52,941 nucleotides of DNA from positions 1 through 52,941 of the forward strand of contig JAFQTK010000107.1 of the NCBI GenBank assembly GCA_017409065.1, read 5' to 3'. The position numbers and the translations under genes were made by a program. Origin of the DNA: a bacterium. Lineage in GTDB: Bacteria > Cyanobacteriota > Vampirovibrionia > Gastranaerophilales > Gastranaerophilaceae. Below, one piece after another: positions 1-8,311 of this stretch. Below the pieces are notes generated by a model. The model ran no database searches. It was given only the letters and a program-made list of their open reading frames with translations, and was not told the origin of the DNA. How positions within the stretch are numbered: position 1 is the stretch's first letter; every line of letters begins with the position of its first letter.

Positions 1-65
1 AAAGGGGGTGCGGGGGCATAGCCCCTGCCATAAGGGCGGAGCCAAAAGAGAGTTTTCTTCTTTTG

Positions 66-112
66 TGATACTTTTCTTCTTTTTCATCGACATAAAAAGA
101 AGAAAAGTATCA
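66..112. repeat. perfect 19-bp inverted repeat (hairpin) with 9-nt loop
   Basis: tgatacttttcttcttttt (66-84) is the exact reverse complement of aaaaagaagaaaagtatca (94-112). The context is non-coding. Confidence 0.9.
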
Positions 113-174
113 AAGAAAAGATAATTTTAAAAAAATAAAAAAAGATTTTTTTCGATACGGTTAAAGCCTATTAC

Positions 175-470
175 AAGAGGGTTCATTTTTGCCTCAGGAT
201 GACGTAATTTTTTATGAAAAATAATCTCCGTCATTCTGAGGGAGTGAATGAACCCTAATGAAGTGAGCTTTAATTTTTTAAGCTGTCTGGTTATGAACCT
301 GCATGTGCAGGCGAAGAATCTCATGGAATAAAGGCTAAAATTCGGTGAGATTCTTCGCTTCGTTTCACTCGCTCAGAATGACGAAATGATTTTTGCTCCA
401 AGAGATTCTTCAATCGTGCTTCGCACTCCTTCAGAATGACTTTAACCCTCAGGATGACGAAGAAGCTCAG
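175..470. repeat. cluster of short dispersed repeats (YTCAGRATGAC core plus GAGATTCTTC arm), REP/MITE-like
   Basis: Core copies lie at 193-204(+), 229-241(-), 372-383(+), 429-440(+) and 448-459(+). gagattcttc occurs at 347-356 and 402-411, and inverted at 313-322. There is a 13-bp perfect inverted repeat at 311-323/346-358. Two ~40-nt units (347-383, 402-440) are clearly homologous. Confidence 0.8.
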
Positions 471-502
471 TACAAAAAAGAAAAAGACCGCTTTTAGCGG
501 CC
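470..502 (-). terminator. probable intrinsic terminator downstream of the RHH gene
   Basis: On the minus strand, ggccgct-aaa-agcggtc (486-502) forms a 7-bp stem including one G-U pair. It is followed by tttttcttttttg. Confidence 0.6.
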
Positions 503-569
503 TAAAAATCGAGTTTGTCTTTTTCCTCGTGTCCTCGTGTGTTTGTGTCCTCGTGTGTTTAAAGTTTCT

Positions 570-758
570 TTAATCCAATAATGCTTCTAAAATTGTTGCA
601 TTTTTGGTTGCCAATGTGTTTTCTCGAACTTTGTTTCTATGCATATAAGTTCTGAGTGCTTCTCTGATTAACTCTGAGCGTGTACGATTTTCGTTGTCTG
701 CTACTGTGTCAATCTCATTTAAAAATTTTTCCGGCATTGAAATCAATACTCGTGCCAT
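570..758 (-). CDS. ribbon-helix-helix (CopG/MetJ-like) DNA-binding protein, solitary
   Basis: 62 aa. The N-terminal 'RVLISMPEKFLNEID' beta-strand followed by 'RTRSELIREALRTYM' helices is the typical RHH pattern. An aggagga RBS precedes the ATG. No adjacent toxin-like ORF. Confidence 0.7.
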   Translation of the reverse strand: MARVLISMPEKFLNEIDTVADNENRTRSELIREALRTYMHRNKVRENTLATKNATILEALLD

Positions 759-1151
759 AAGTCCTCCTGGTCTTTACTCTCTTTGTTTTTCTCTTTAATT
801 ACTCTCTCGGGTAAACTTAACCGTACTTTCTCAAGGTACAGCTTGCCGTACATAACGTGCGGACTTGTTTTTCTCTCTCTTCTTTGTGATTCTCTTAACT
901 TTTCTCTTTAGTTTGTTCTCGTATTTATATAAAGTATTTTCTTATAAAAAAATTGCCTATTTTTTATATATTTCTTATTTATCCCTTAATAAAACTACAT
1001 ATATCTTTACAATAAAAATTAAAACTCAATAGCAACGAGGGTTTTCAAATTTACATTTACAAATATTAATACAGCCTATCCTGATACTTAGTTCGTATAA
1101 TAAAATGATTGAGGATATGCTTTATAATTAATTTATGGGTAAGGGCAAAAA

Positions 1152-1502
1152 ATGCGAGAAATAATCGGATTATTAGTTTTTTTGAGTTTGGCAATTATAG
1201 TGACGATTGTTCTGGTGCATTTGTGTCACAAATTTCCCGAGCCTAAAACCAACGAAAATAAAGATTTAAAAGAAAATATTTTGGATATTTGTTTTCCAGA
1301 AAACAAAAATTTGAACTCTAATATTTTTAAATATGCGATATTCTGTTTGCTTATTTTTCTTTCAATATTTTTGGTTGCACCGGTAGTTTTGACAATTGGT
1401 AAATTTTCTTTCTCATCGATAAGTATAATAATTACGGCTATTTTTGTTATGCTACTGTCAATTTTTTATGCCATTAAAAAGCATATGATAAGGTGGAAAT
1501 AG
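1152..1502 (+). CDS. small 3-TM membrane protein, weakly NuoA/NdhC-like
   Basis: 116 aa and first gene of the A-H-J-K-L-M-N ordered operon. 'FKYAIFCLLIFLSIFLVAP' sits where NuoA has 'FY..A..F.IFDVE..fL.P', and the C-terminus is '..YAIKKHMIRWK'. The acidic residues are absent. This is a by-eye call only. Confidence 0.45.
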   Translation: MREIIGLLVFLSLAIIVTIVLVHLCHKFPEPKTNENKDLKENILDICFPENKNLNSNIFKYAIFCLLIFLSIFLVAPVVLTIGKFSFSSISIIITAIFVMLLSIFYAIKKHMIRWK

Positions 1503-2539
1503 TGGATATAGTATATCAATATTACTTTAATTTTTTAGGGAAATTGGGATTATCAGATGTTTTGATAATCGTTTTGTGGCACATTCTTTTGTTCGGACTT
1601 GCCTGTGTGGCACTTTGTGTAAGTGCTTCACTTTTGATAGTTTTTGAACGTAGCCTTTCAAAATTTTTAAACAAAGGAAATTTTTCTTTTTCAACTACTG
1701 ATTTAGAACAAGAAATTTTTAAATCGCCAAAATATTCGTGCCAAAATATACTCCCAATACTATTTATTATCCCGATTTTGGCTATATGGGGAATAATCCC
1801 ATACAGCAACAAGTATATTCCTGTTGAATCCGATGTTAGCTTGCTTTTATTTTTTCTTTTGATGCTAATTCCAATTATGGGGATTTTATTTGGAGGATAT
1901 TCTACAAAAAATAAAACCATTATTTCGGCATCGGTCAAAACTACCATTGTAGTTCTTAGTTTTGCATTATCCATATTGTTTTCGATTGTTAGTGTAGCTA
2001 CATTGGCATCAAGCTTCAACTTGAATGAAATAATTGCGGCTCAATCATTGAATAAAGGGGCTTTAGGATGGTTTGTTTTTCCTAATATCATTGCTTTTTT
2101 AGTTTTGACAAGCAGTATTTTATTTTTCACCGATTTGTTACTAGGCGGGCTTGTTGACCTAAGATTTTCTATTTTTAATTTATGTTCCGCTAAAATATTG
2201 AAAACAATCGACTTCTTAAAATATGGAGCAATATTTATATTTGCTATTTTTATTGTCTGTTTATTTTTTGGCGGATATTTACCACCATTTGGGTTTTATT
2301 TGAGCGAACTTTACCAAATCAACTATGTTTTAAATACATCTGCCGTATATGTAGAACAAATCTTTTGGCTATTTTTCAAATCAATGTTGGTGGGATGTTC
2401 ATTGATTCTCATAAGATTTTTTCCCCCTGTTTTAGATTATAAAAAATTAGTTAAATATTCTTGCATAATATTGTTGCCCTGTTCTATTTTGAACTTTATA
2501 ATTATTTGTATTATTAAAGGGATTTCAGGAGGAGTATAA
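1493..2539 (+). CDS. nuoH: divergent NuoH/NdhA-like polytopic membrane protein
   Basis: 348 aa. 'FERSLSKF' matches the NuoH N-terminal ERK motif region. 'GGYSTKNKTIISASVKT' matches 'GWaSNSKYallGglRa', and 'SFNLNEIIAAQ' matches 'l.l..Iv.aQ'. The C-terminal part contains 'FFGGYLPPF'. GTG start (1493 or 1502) overlaps the upstream stop. Confidence 0.6.
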   Translation: MEIVDIVYQYYFNFLGKLGLSDVLIIVLWHILLFGLACVALCVSASLLIVFERSLSKFLNKGNFSFSTTDLEQEIFKSPKYSCQNILPILFIIPILAIWGIIPYSNKYIPVESDVSLLLFFLLMLIPIMGILFGGYSTKNKTIISASVKTTIVVLSFALSILFSIVSVATLASSFNLNEIIAAQSLNKGALGWFVFPNIIAFLVLTSSILFFTDLLLGGLVDLRFSIFNLCSAKILKTIDFLKYGAIFIFAIFIVCLFFGGYLPPFGFYLSELYQINYVLNTSAVYVEQIFWLFFKSMLVGCSLILIRFFPPVLDYKKLVKYSCIILLPCSILNFIIICIIKGISGGV

Positions 2540-3066
2540 TGGATATTCTATCAGTTATATTTTTCTATATATTTTCATTTCTGAGTATTGTAGGTTCTAT
2601 CATTGCACTTAACTCAAAAAGTTTTTTAAATGCAATTATGTGGGCAAGTTGCGTATTTGTTACCGTAGGGGGATTTTATATTTTGTTAAATGCTACATTT
2701 AACGCAACTTTGCAAATAGGTGTATGGGGGATTTTAATTCCGATATTTTTAGCAATATCTACATCTTACCTCGACAAACCAGAACAAAATAAAACAAAAT
2801 TCAACATAAAATTTGCAACACCAGCCATTTCGATTGCATTTTTACTTATTTTTATCTTGTTAGGAATTACAAGCAATTATTTTGAAAGATTGTTCGAGGT
2901 TATAACAGGAGATTTAGGTTTAAACCTTGAATATTCATCTCTTGCTATCTTAAGCGAAAATTTGACTCTTAATTATGGATTTTTGATAGTTCTGTTTTTA
3001 ATTGTAGTTTTCCTACTGATTGTAGGTTTAAATTTGATTTCTGTATTTAAAGATAGAGAGGAATAG
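2539..3066 (+). CDS. nuoJ: divergent NuoJ/NdhG-like membrane protein
   Basis: 175 aa. 'SIIALNSKSFLNAIMWASCVFVTVGGFYILLNATFNATLQIGVW' follows the NuoJ N-terminal pattern (..rnpvhsal.L...f...a.l.ll..a.FlA..QvlVY). An aggagg RBS is present, and the TAATG overlaps the H-like stop. Confidence 0.55.
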   Translation: MDILSVIFFYIFSFLSIVGSIIALNSKSFLNAIMWASCVFVTVGGFYILLNATFNATLQIGVWGILIPIFLAISTSYLDKPEQNKTKFNIKFATPAISIAFLLIFILLGITSNYFERLFEVITGDLGLNLEYSSLAILSENLTLNYGFLIVLFLIVVFLLIVGLNLISVFKDREE

Positions 3067-3069
3067 GTT

Positions 3070-3384
3070 ATGGACTTATTGACAAACATAGGACTGTATC
3101 ATTATCTTGTTATAGCTATTTTATTGTTCTGCATCGGTTTGTATGGTTTATTAACCACAAAAAATATTATCAAAACAATTTTTGCTTTGGGCTTAATGTT
3201 GAGTGCAATCGGATTAAACTTCGTGTCTTTTGCTTCTTTTGGCGATTTTAAATCTGTTTCAGGACAATCATTTCAAATATTTTTGGTTATAATAAGCTGC
3301 GTACAAATAATTTTGGCGATAAGTTTTGTCGTTGCAGCTAAAACACTAAAACATAAGAAAATAAAAACGGTTTTTAAAAAATAA
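3070..3384 (+). CDS. nuoK: divergent NuoK/NdhE-like membrane protein
   Basis: 104 aa, 3 TM. 'HYLVIAILLFCIGLYGLLTTKNIIKTIFALGLMLSAIGLNFV' aligns with the NuoK 'yl.l...LF.iG..G.l.rRN.i..lm.lElmlnA.nl.fv' pattern. Confidence 0.65.
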   Translation: MDLLTNIGLYHYLVIAILLFCIGLYGLLTTKNIIKTIFALGLMLSAIGLNFVSFASFGDFKSVSGQSFQIFLVIISCVQIILAISFVVAAKTLKHKKIKTVFKK

Positions 3385-3407
3385 CAGGTGTGAGGATTTA
3401 AACAGAT

Positions 3408-5327
3408 ATGTTAGAAACTTTGGAATATTTTGCAAATAGCATTGTCACAGTGTTGTTTTTACCACTATGGATTATTTTAGTTATATTTTTAAACTCATCA
3501 ATGTCATTTATTGATTCAAAAAAATTGACACTTAATTTATCATTAGGGGGAAGTCTTTTTAGTATAGTATTTGCTGTGCTTTGTATTTTGTACTGCGTAT
3601 CAAATCCAGCAAAAACTGTTGAAAATAATGTTTTATGGCTAAATATTGGGACCCCGATTTATGTTGGTACTTTTATTGATAAATTAAGTTCAATAATGCT
3701 ATTAATCACATCTATTTTTATGTTTTTTATCCAATTATTTACATACAGATTTATCCAAGACGACAAATATTTCCACAAGTTTTATATCCACTTGAACCTT
3801 CTTGCTTTTGCTATTTATGGGTTAATTTTGTCTTCTAATGTTATTCAATCTTTAGCTTTTGCTGGCTTAATAGGTATTTTAGGCTACCTACTGATGATTT
3901 TTAAGTCTGAAGAAATCACATCTGCTCAAGCTGCAAAACAATTTTTAATAACCAATTGTTTTGGAGATATTTGCCTCTTATCAGGAAGTATTGCATTAAT
4001 CTACTTTTCAGCTATTTTCTCATCAGCACAAAATTTGGCATTGCTTTCTTATTCCGGATTTTCTTTTAATGTCGATACATTGTATTCTATGGTATCTGAG
4101 CCTATTTTTTGTACAATCACATTATTTGTTATTATCGGGCTTATGATTAAATCACTACAATTTCCATTCGGGGGAATATGCTTCAAAAACAAAGATATTT
4201 CTGCACATTATTTTATTTTACCGATAATTTTAGGTTCCGTTGGGATATATTTGGCTTACAGATTATATCCAATGATAATTATTTCTAAATTCATCACAAC
4301 AAGCATTGTTATTATCGGCTTAATAACTGCATTTGCATATTCTTTTATATCAATGAGTCAAAATAATTTTAAAAAAATTCTAATAAACATCGCATTTGCA
4401 CAAATTGGGGTTATATTTATGAGCTTAGGACTAGGATTATATTCAAGTTCCGCTCTTATGCTAATTAATTTATTATATTCAATGGCAGCATTATTATTAG
4501 TTGCCAGTTCAGTGACCCAAGCCGTTAATAATCAAGATGATATAAAATTATTAGGCGGTCTGCGAAAAGAACTACCTTTATGTTCAGGAATATTTATTCT
4601 CGGTAGTTTATCTTTGATAATAGGAAACAATTTGCAGAATAATTTGCTTGCAAAGTTAAATGAGTTCGGAAATGATTGGATAATATTTACTTACTTGATT
4701 GTTATATTCCTTTTGGTTTATTCATCAACAAGAATGTATTTATTAGTTTTTGAAAACGAAAAAAGAGCTAATATTGAAGTCAAAAAAATAAGCAAAATAC
4801 AATATTCAGCAATAATAAGTTTCTTAATTCTTGCAATTTCTTTTGTGTTTGCAATAGGGAACAATTTCAAAAAATTTGTATATTTTATTATACCGGAAAA
4901 GACTGTACCGACTGAAAATATAACAATAATTTTAAGTATATTTGTTATTCTATGTGCAAGCTATATAGCATTTAGGTTATATGTGTCACCATTTAATTTG
5001 TTTACTCAAATCAAAGAGAAAATATTGAGCAAAGAAAATTTATTGTACAAGCTTTCATATAATGAATTTTATATAAATGAAATATTAGAGTTTATTGGCA
5101 AAAAAATGCTTCTACCTGTTTGCAAACTGATAAATTTTATAGAAATTTATGTTATTGAAATGTGCGTTTTTCTAATAGCACAAACAACCAAAATTTTTGG
5201 GACAACAGCTTTCAAGCTACAAAACGGAAACACTAAGTCATATTTGGCTCACACTGTTACGATATTGACATTAGTTATTGCCGTTACTGTACTGTTTTAT
5301 GTATATAGCAGTTTAATGGGGGTGTAG
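3408..5327 (+). CDS. nuoL: NuoL/NdhF/MrpA-like antiporter-type subunit
   Basis: 639 aa, many TM segments. 'IIGLMIKSLQFPFGG...GSVGIYLAYRLYP' matches the NuoL TM7-8 pattern 'gA.GKSAQ.PL..WL....AGvyL..R'. The long C-terminal extension is consistent with an L-type lateral helix. Confidence 0.75.
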   Translation: MLETLEYFANSIVTVLFLPLWIILVIFLNSSMSFIDSKKLTLNLSLGGSLFSIVFAVLCILYCVSNPAKTVENNVLWLNIGTPIYVGTFIDKLSSIMLLITSIFMFFIQLFTYRFIQDDKYFHKFYIHLNLLAFAIYGLILSSNVIQSLAFAGLIGILGYLLMIFKSEEITSAQAAKQFLITNCFGDICLLSGSIALIYFSAIFSSAQNLALLSYSGFSFNVDTLYSMVSEPIFCTITLFVIIGLMIKSLQFPFGGICFKNKDISAHYFILPIILGSVGIYLAYRLYPMIIISKFITTSIVIIGLITAFAYSFISMSQNNFKKILINIAFAQIGVIFMSLGLGLYSSSALMLINLLYSMAALLLVASSVTQAVNNQDDIKLLGGLRKELPLCSGIFILGSLSLIIGNNLQNNLLAKLNEFGNDWIIFTYLIVIFLLVYSSTRMYLLVFENEKRANIEVKKISKIQYSAIISFLILAISFVFAIGNNFKKFVYFIIPEKTVPTENITIILSIFVILCASYIAFRLYVSPFNLFTQIKEKILSKENLLYKLSYNEFYINEILEFIGKKMLLPVCKLINFIEIYVIEMCVFLIAQTTKIFGTTAFKLQNGNTKSYLAHTVTILTLVIAVTVLFYVYSSLMGV

Positions 5328-5328
5328 A

Positions 5329-6885
5329 ATGAACTTTTTATCTATATTATTTTTAATTTTTTCACCTGCAATCGTTGCACTACTGTTATTAAGCCCTATT
5401 TTCCCAAACAATAATATTAAAATCAGACGTTTTTCAAAAGGGTTTTCTATAACACATTTTATATACAGTTTGTTATTTTTATTATATTTTAATCCTACAA
5501 ATTTAGGTTGGTCTTACCAAAAAGAATTGACGTTTTTTGGCTCAAGTTGGATAAATACACTTGGAATAAGAGCTAATTTTGGACTGGATGGAATCTCGCT
5601 TGTATTTGTAATTTTAACTTCATTCATTACAATGTTAGCTATAATTGCAGGAAAACGGATGATAAGAACCAAAACAAGAATTTATTATCCGTTAGTTTTA
5701 ATTTTACAAACAGCGGTTTTAGGTGTATTTAGTGCCAAGGATATATTTTTATTCTTGTTTTTCTGGTTGCTTGAACTCATTCCAACATATTTATTAATCA
5801 ATCAATGGGGAGAAAAAACATCAAAATCTGCAGCCACAAAATATGTTATTTGTTCCTTTTTAGGAAGCATGTTCTTGATTTTGGGAATGTTAATTTTATA
5901 TTTTTATAGTTTTACAATAAGTGGTGTACTTACCGCTGATATAGAAAATTTAAGTATGTCTGAAAACGTATTTGCTATGTGGTTTCAAGCGTTTATCTTC
6001 TTCTGTTTCTTGATTGGATTTGCAATTAAATTGCCTATCGTCCCACTTCATACTGCACAATTTACAGCTCAAAACAATTCAATTGCACCGGTAAGTATGC
6101 TGTTATCAGGTCTGCTGATGAACATGGGTGGATATGGCATAATACGATTTAATTTAGGTTTATTTCCGGAAGTCTTTGATAAATTTGCACCTATATTAAT
6201 GATTTTAGGTGGCATAAACATGTTATACTGCACTACATTAGCTTTTATTCAAACTGATATTAAAAAAGTTGTTTCTTTGTACGGGATAGCACAATGCGGG
6301 CTTATTCTACTTGGATTAGGAGCTATGACAGAAGTAGGGTTTGAAGGTAGCATCTTTCATATGATATCAAGAAGCATAATTTCAGCCGGATTGTTTATGC
6401 TGGTAGGTTCTATTTATTTAAGAACAAAAACAACTCAAATATTTACCTTAAGTGGTTTGGGAGAAGTTATGCCTATTTGTAAAAACTTTGGTATAATTAT
6501 TACTCTCGCTGCAATGGGATTGCCGTTTTTAAGCGGATTTGCCGCTAATTTTATTATTCTAAACGGTATTATTTTAAGCGACATTGAACCGCAAGGTTTT
6601 ATCGTCACAATAGGTGCTATTAGTGCGTTAGGTATATTTTTATCCGCAGCTTGCATATTTAGGTTGTTTAATGATACATTTTTAGGTTCGGTAACTTCAA
6701 AATTCAAAAAATTAAATAACAAAGAAAATAATATTGTCATTTTGAGAAAGCCTATTACCAAAACAGAAATAATAGTGTTAGCCTCATTAGCATTAGCTGT
6801 TATGTTTTTGGGAATATTCCCAAATTCTATTTTAGATATATTTAAAGTAACAACAGATGTAATTATAGATTTTATGAAGGTGTAA
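5329..6885 (+). CDS. nuoM: NuoM/NdhD-like antiporter-type subunit
   Basis: 518 aa. 'LFFWLLELIPTYLLI' and 'GFAIKLPIVPLHTAQ....APVSMLLSGLLMNMGGYGIIRF' match the NuoM pattern 'FFWE..LiPmYfLI' / 'a.K.P..PlHtWLPdAH.eAPt..SviLAg.LLK.GgYG.lRf'. Confidence 0.85.
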   Translation: MNFLSILFLIFSPAIVALLLLSPIFPNNNIKIRRFSKGFSITHFIYSLLFLLYFNPTNLGWSYQKELTFFGSSWINTLGIRANFGLDGISLVFVILTSFITMLAIIAGKRMIRTKTRIYYPLVLILQTAVLGVFSAKDIFLFLFFWLLELIPTYLLINQWGEKTSKSAATKYVICSFLGSMFLILGMLILYFYSFTISGVLTADIENLSMSENVFAMWFQAFIFFCFLIGFAIKLPIVPLHTAQFTAQNNSIAPVSMLLSGLLMNMGGYGIIRFNLGLFPEVFDKFAPILMILGGINMLYCTTLAFIQTDIKKVVSLYGIAQCGLILLGLGAMTEVGFEGSIFHMISRSIISAGLFMLVGSIYLRTKTTQIFTLSGLGEVMPICKNFGIIITLAAMGLPFLSGFAANFIILNGIILSDIEPQGFIVTIGAISALGIFLSAACIFRLFNDTFLGSVTSKFKKLNNKENNIVILRKPITKTEIIVLASLALAVMFLGIFPNSILDIFKVTTDVIIDFMKV

Positions 6886-6886
6886 G

Positions 6887-8311
6887 ATGGATTTTTTAGC
6901 AGATATAAGATGGGCCTTTTTACCTGAATTGATAATTATAACTTTTATTTTTATCAGTGCTTTTTTATCATTATTTTTTAACAAAAAATTATATAAGACC
7001 TCACAATGGATAGCCATTTCAGGAATCTTGACTTCTTTTGCATCAATTGGATTTGTCCAAGCTGAACCTACATACTTTGCCTTCAATGGTAGCGTTGTTT
7101 GCAATGTCTATACCGTATTTTTTAAAAGTTTAATTCTTATTGCATCATTTTTTGTAATTTTATTATCAAAAGAAATTGTGAAAAAGAAAAGAGAAAAAGC
7201 TTTTGAATATTTTGCTTTGTTGTATGGGGCAATCCTTGGTTCATTATTGATGGTAGGAGCTAATGATTTTTTAGTCGCTTATTTTGCTTTTGCTTTACTG
7301 GGAATAACAAGTACATTATTAATTGGAGTTCCGCAAAAATATAATACCAAAATAGCAAGCACAAAATTTCTTTTGACTGAAATTTTTGCCTCAAGCATAT
7401 TTTTGTTGGGGGTATCTTATCTTTACATAGTTGTCGGTCAAATGAATTTTGATTCCATATTCTCTGCTTTGAGTGGATATCAAGGCGGATTGCTTTTGGC
7501 TTTGGCACTGATTTTTATAGTAACAGGGATAATGTTTAAAATTTGTGCCACTCCTTTTGCTAATTATGCTCCAGATATTTACAAAGATACAACAGCTCCG
7601 GTAGGTACTTTTTTATCGTTGATTCCTATTATCGCTGGGTTCTCGTTACTCTCCAGAATATTGCTCCTGACATCAGATTTTGTTCCGTTAGTAGGAGTAG
7701 TAGTTTTAATTTATGCATTAATTACAATGTCAGTCGGAGTTTACGGTGCAATAACACAAAACAATATAAAATCATTTATGGGATATAGCACAATGATTCA
7801 AGTAAGTTTTATGTTATTAGTTTTGGGAGTAATTAAACCTTACACACTCTCTGCCTTACTATATTATTTGGTTAGCTATATTTTTATGAATATTGCACTA
7901 TGGGCCGCTGTCATTAACTATAATAAAAATAATATTTCTGATTATACAGGTTTAGCATACAAACGACCATTTTATACATTAGCAGTTATTTTTACGTTAT
8001 TGTCAATGATTGGCTTTCCACCGACTTCAGGGTTTCTAGCCAAGCTTTTTGTAATGTCTGCCGTTACCCGTTTAGGAATTATTTATTTAGTTTTCATACT
8101 AATTATGCTCTTATTAACAGTAGTTGCATTCTTTGCATATTTAAAATTAATAAATACGATGTTTAAAAAAATACCTAACCCTATTATTGAACAAGAAAGA
8201 CCTGTTTTTTCCAAAATTACATTATATTTTTGTTCAGGGATAACAATTTTGCTATGTTTTTATTCAAGCAAAATAATCGAGCTTTGTGAACTTATATCTT
8301 ATTCTCTTTAG
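6887..8311 (+). CDS. nuoN: NuoN/NdhB-like antiporter-type subunit
   Basis: 474 aa. 'GIMFKICATPFANYAPDIYKDTTAPVGTFLSLIPIIAGFSLLSRIL' matches the NuoN pattern 'g.gFK...vPFH.W.PDvY.GaP.pv..fl....K.a.f..l.R'. Confidence 0.8.
   Translation: MDFLADIRWAFLPELIIITFIFISAFLSLFFNKKLYKTSQWIAISGILTSFASIGFVQAEPTYFAFNGSVVCNVYTVFFKSLILIASFFVILLSKEIVKKKREKAFEYFALLYGAILGSLLMVGANDFLVAYFAFALLGITSTLLIGVPQKYNTKIASTKFLLTEIFASSIFLLGVSYLYIVVGQMNFDSIFSALSGYQGGLLLALALIFIVTGIMFKICATPFANYAPDIYKDTTAPVGTFLSLIPIIAGFSLLSRILLLTSDFVPLVGVVVLIYALITMSVGVYGAITQNNIKSFMGYSTMIQVSFMLLVLGVIKPYTLSALLYYLVSYIFMNIALWAAVINYNKNNISDYTGLAYKRPFYTLAVIFTLLSMIGFPPTSGFLAKLFVMSAVTRLGIIYLVFILIMLLLTVVAFFAYLKLINTMFKKIPNPIIEQERPVFSKITLYFCSGITILLCFYSSKIIELCELISYSL

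Noticed and set aside
127-324. 65-aa minus-strand ORF in the left-edge spacer
   Set aside because: Its sequence is assembled from the dispersed repeat motifs (…SLRMTE…, …RHPEAK…). It has no RBS and crosses inverted repeats. It is almost certainly a by-product of the repeats, not a gene.
570-758. RHH gene as the antitoxin of a toxin-antitoxin pair
   Set aside because: No toxin-sized ORF is adjacent on either side. A terminator follows the gene directly, and upstream is a 393-bp spacer. I treat it as a solitary CopG-like regulator.
1522-2019. 165-aa antisense ORF inside the nuoH-like gene, and similar antisense or alternate-frame ORFs (6435-6761, 6832-7104, 7260-7508, 9505-9930, 10777-11067, 12572-12934, 15860-16147, 16868-17212, 27240-27653, 37585-37824, 45377-45826, 50544-50768 and others)
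   Set aside because: Each lies wholly within a longer ORF on the other strand or frame that has clear family motifs. Their products are low-complexity and lack RBSs. They are typical shadow ORFs.
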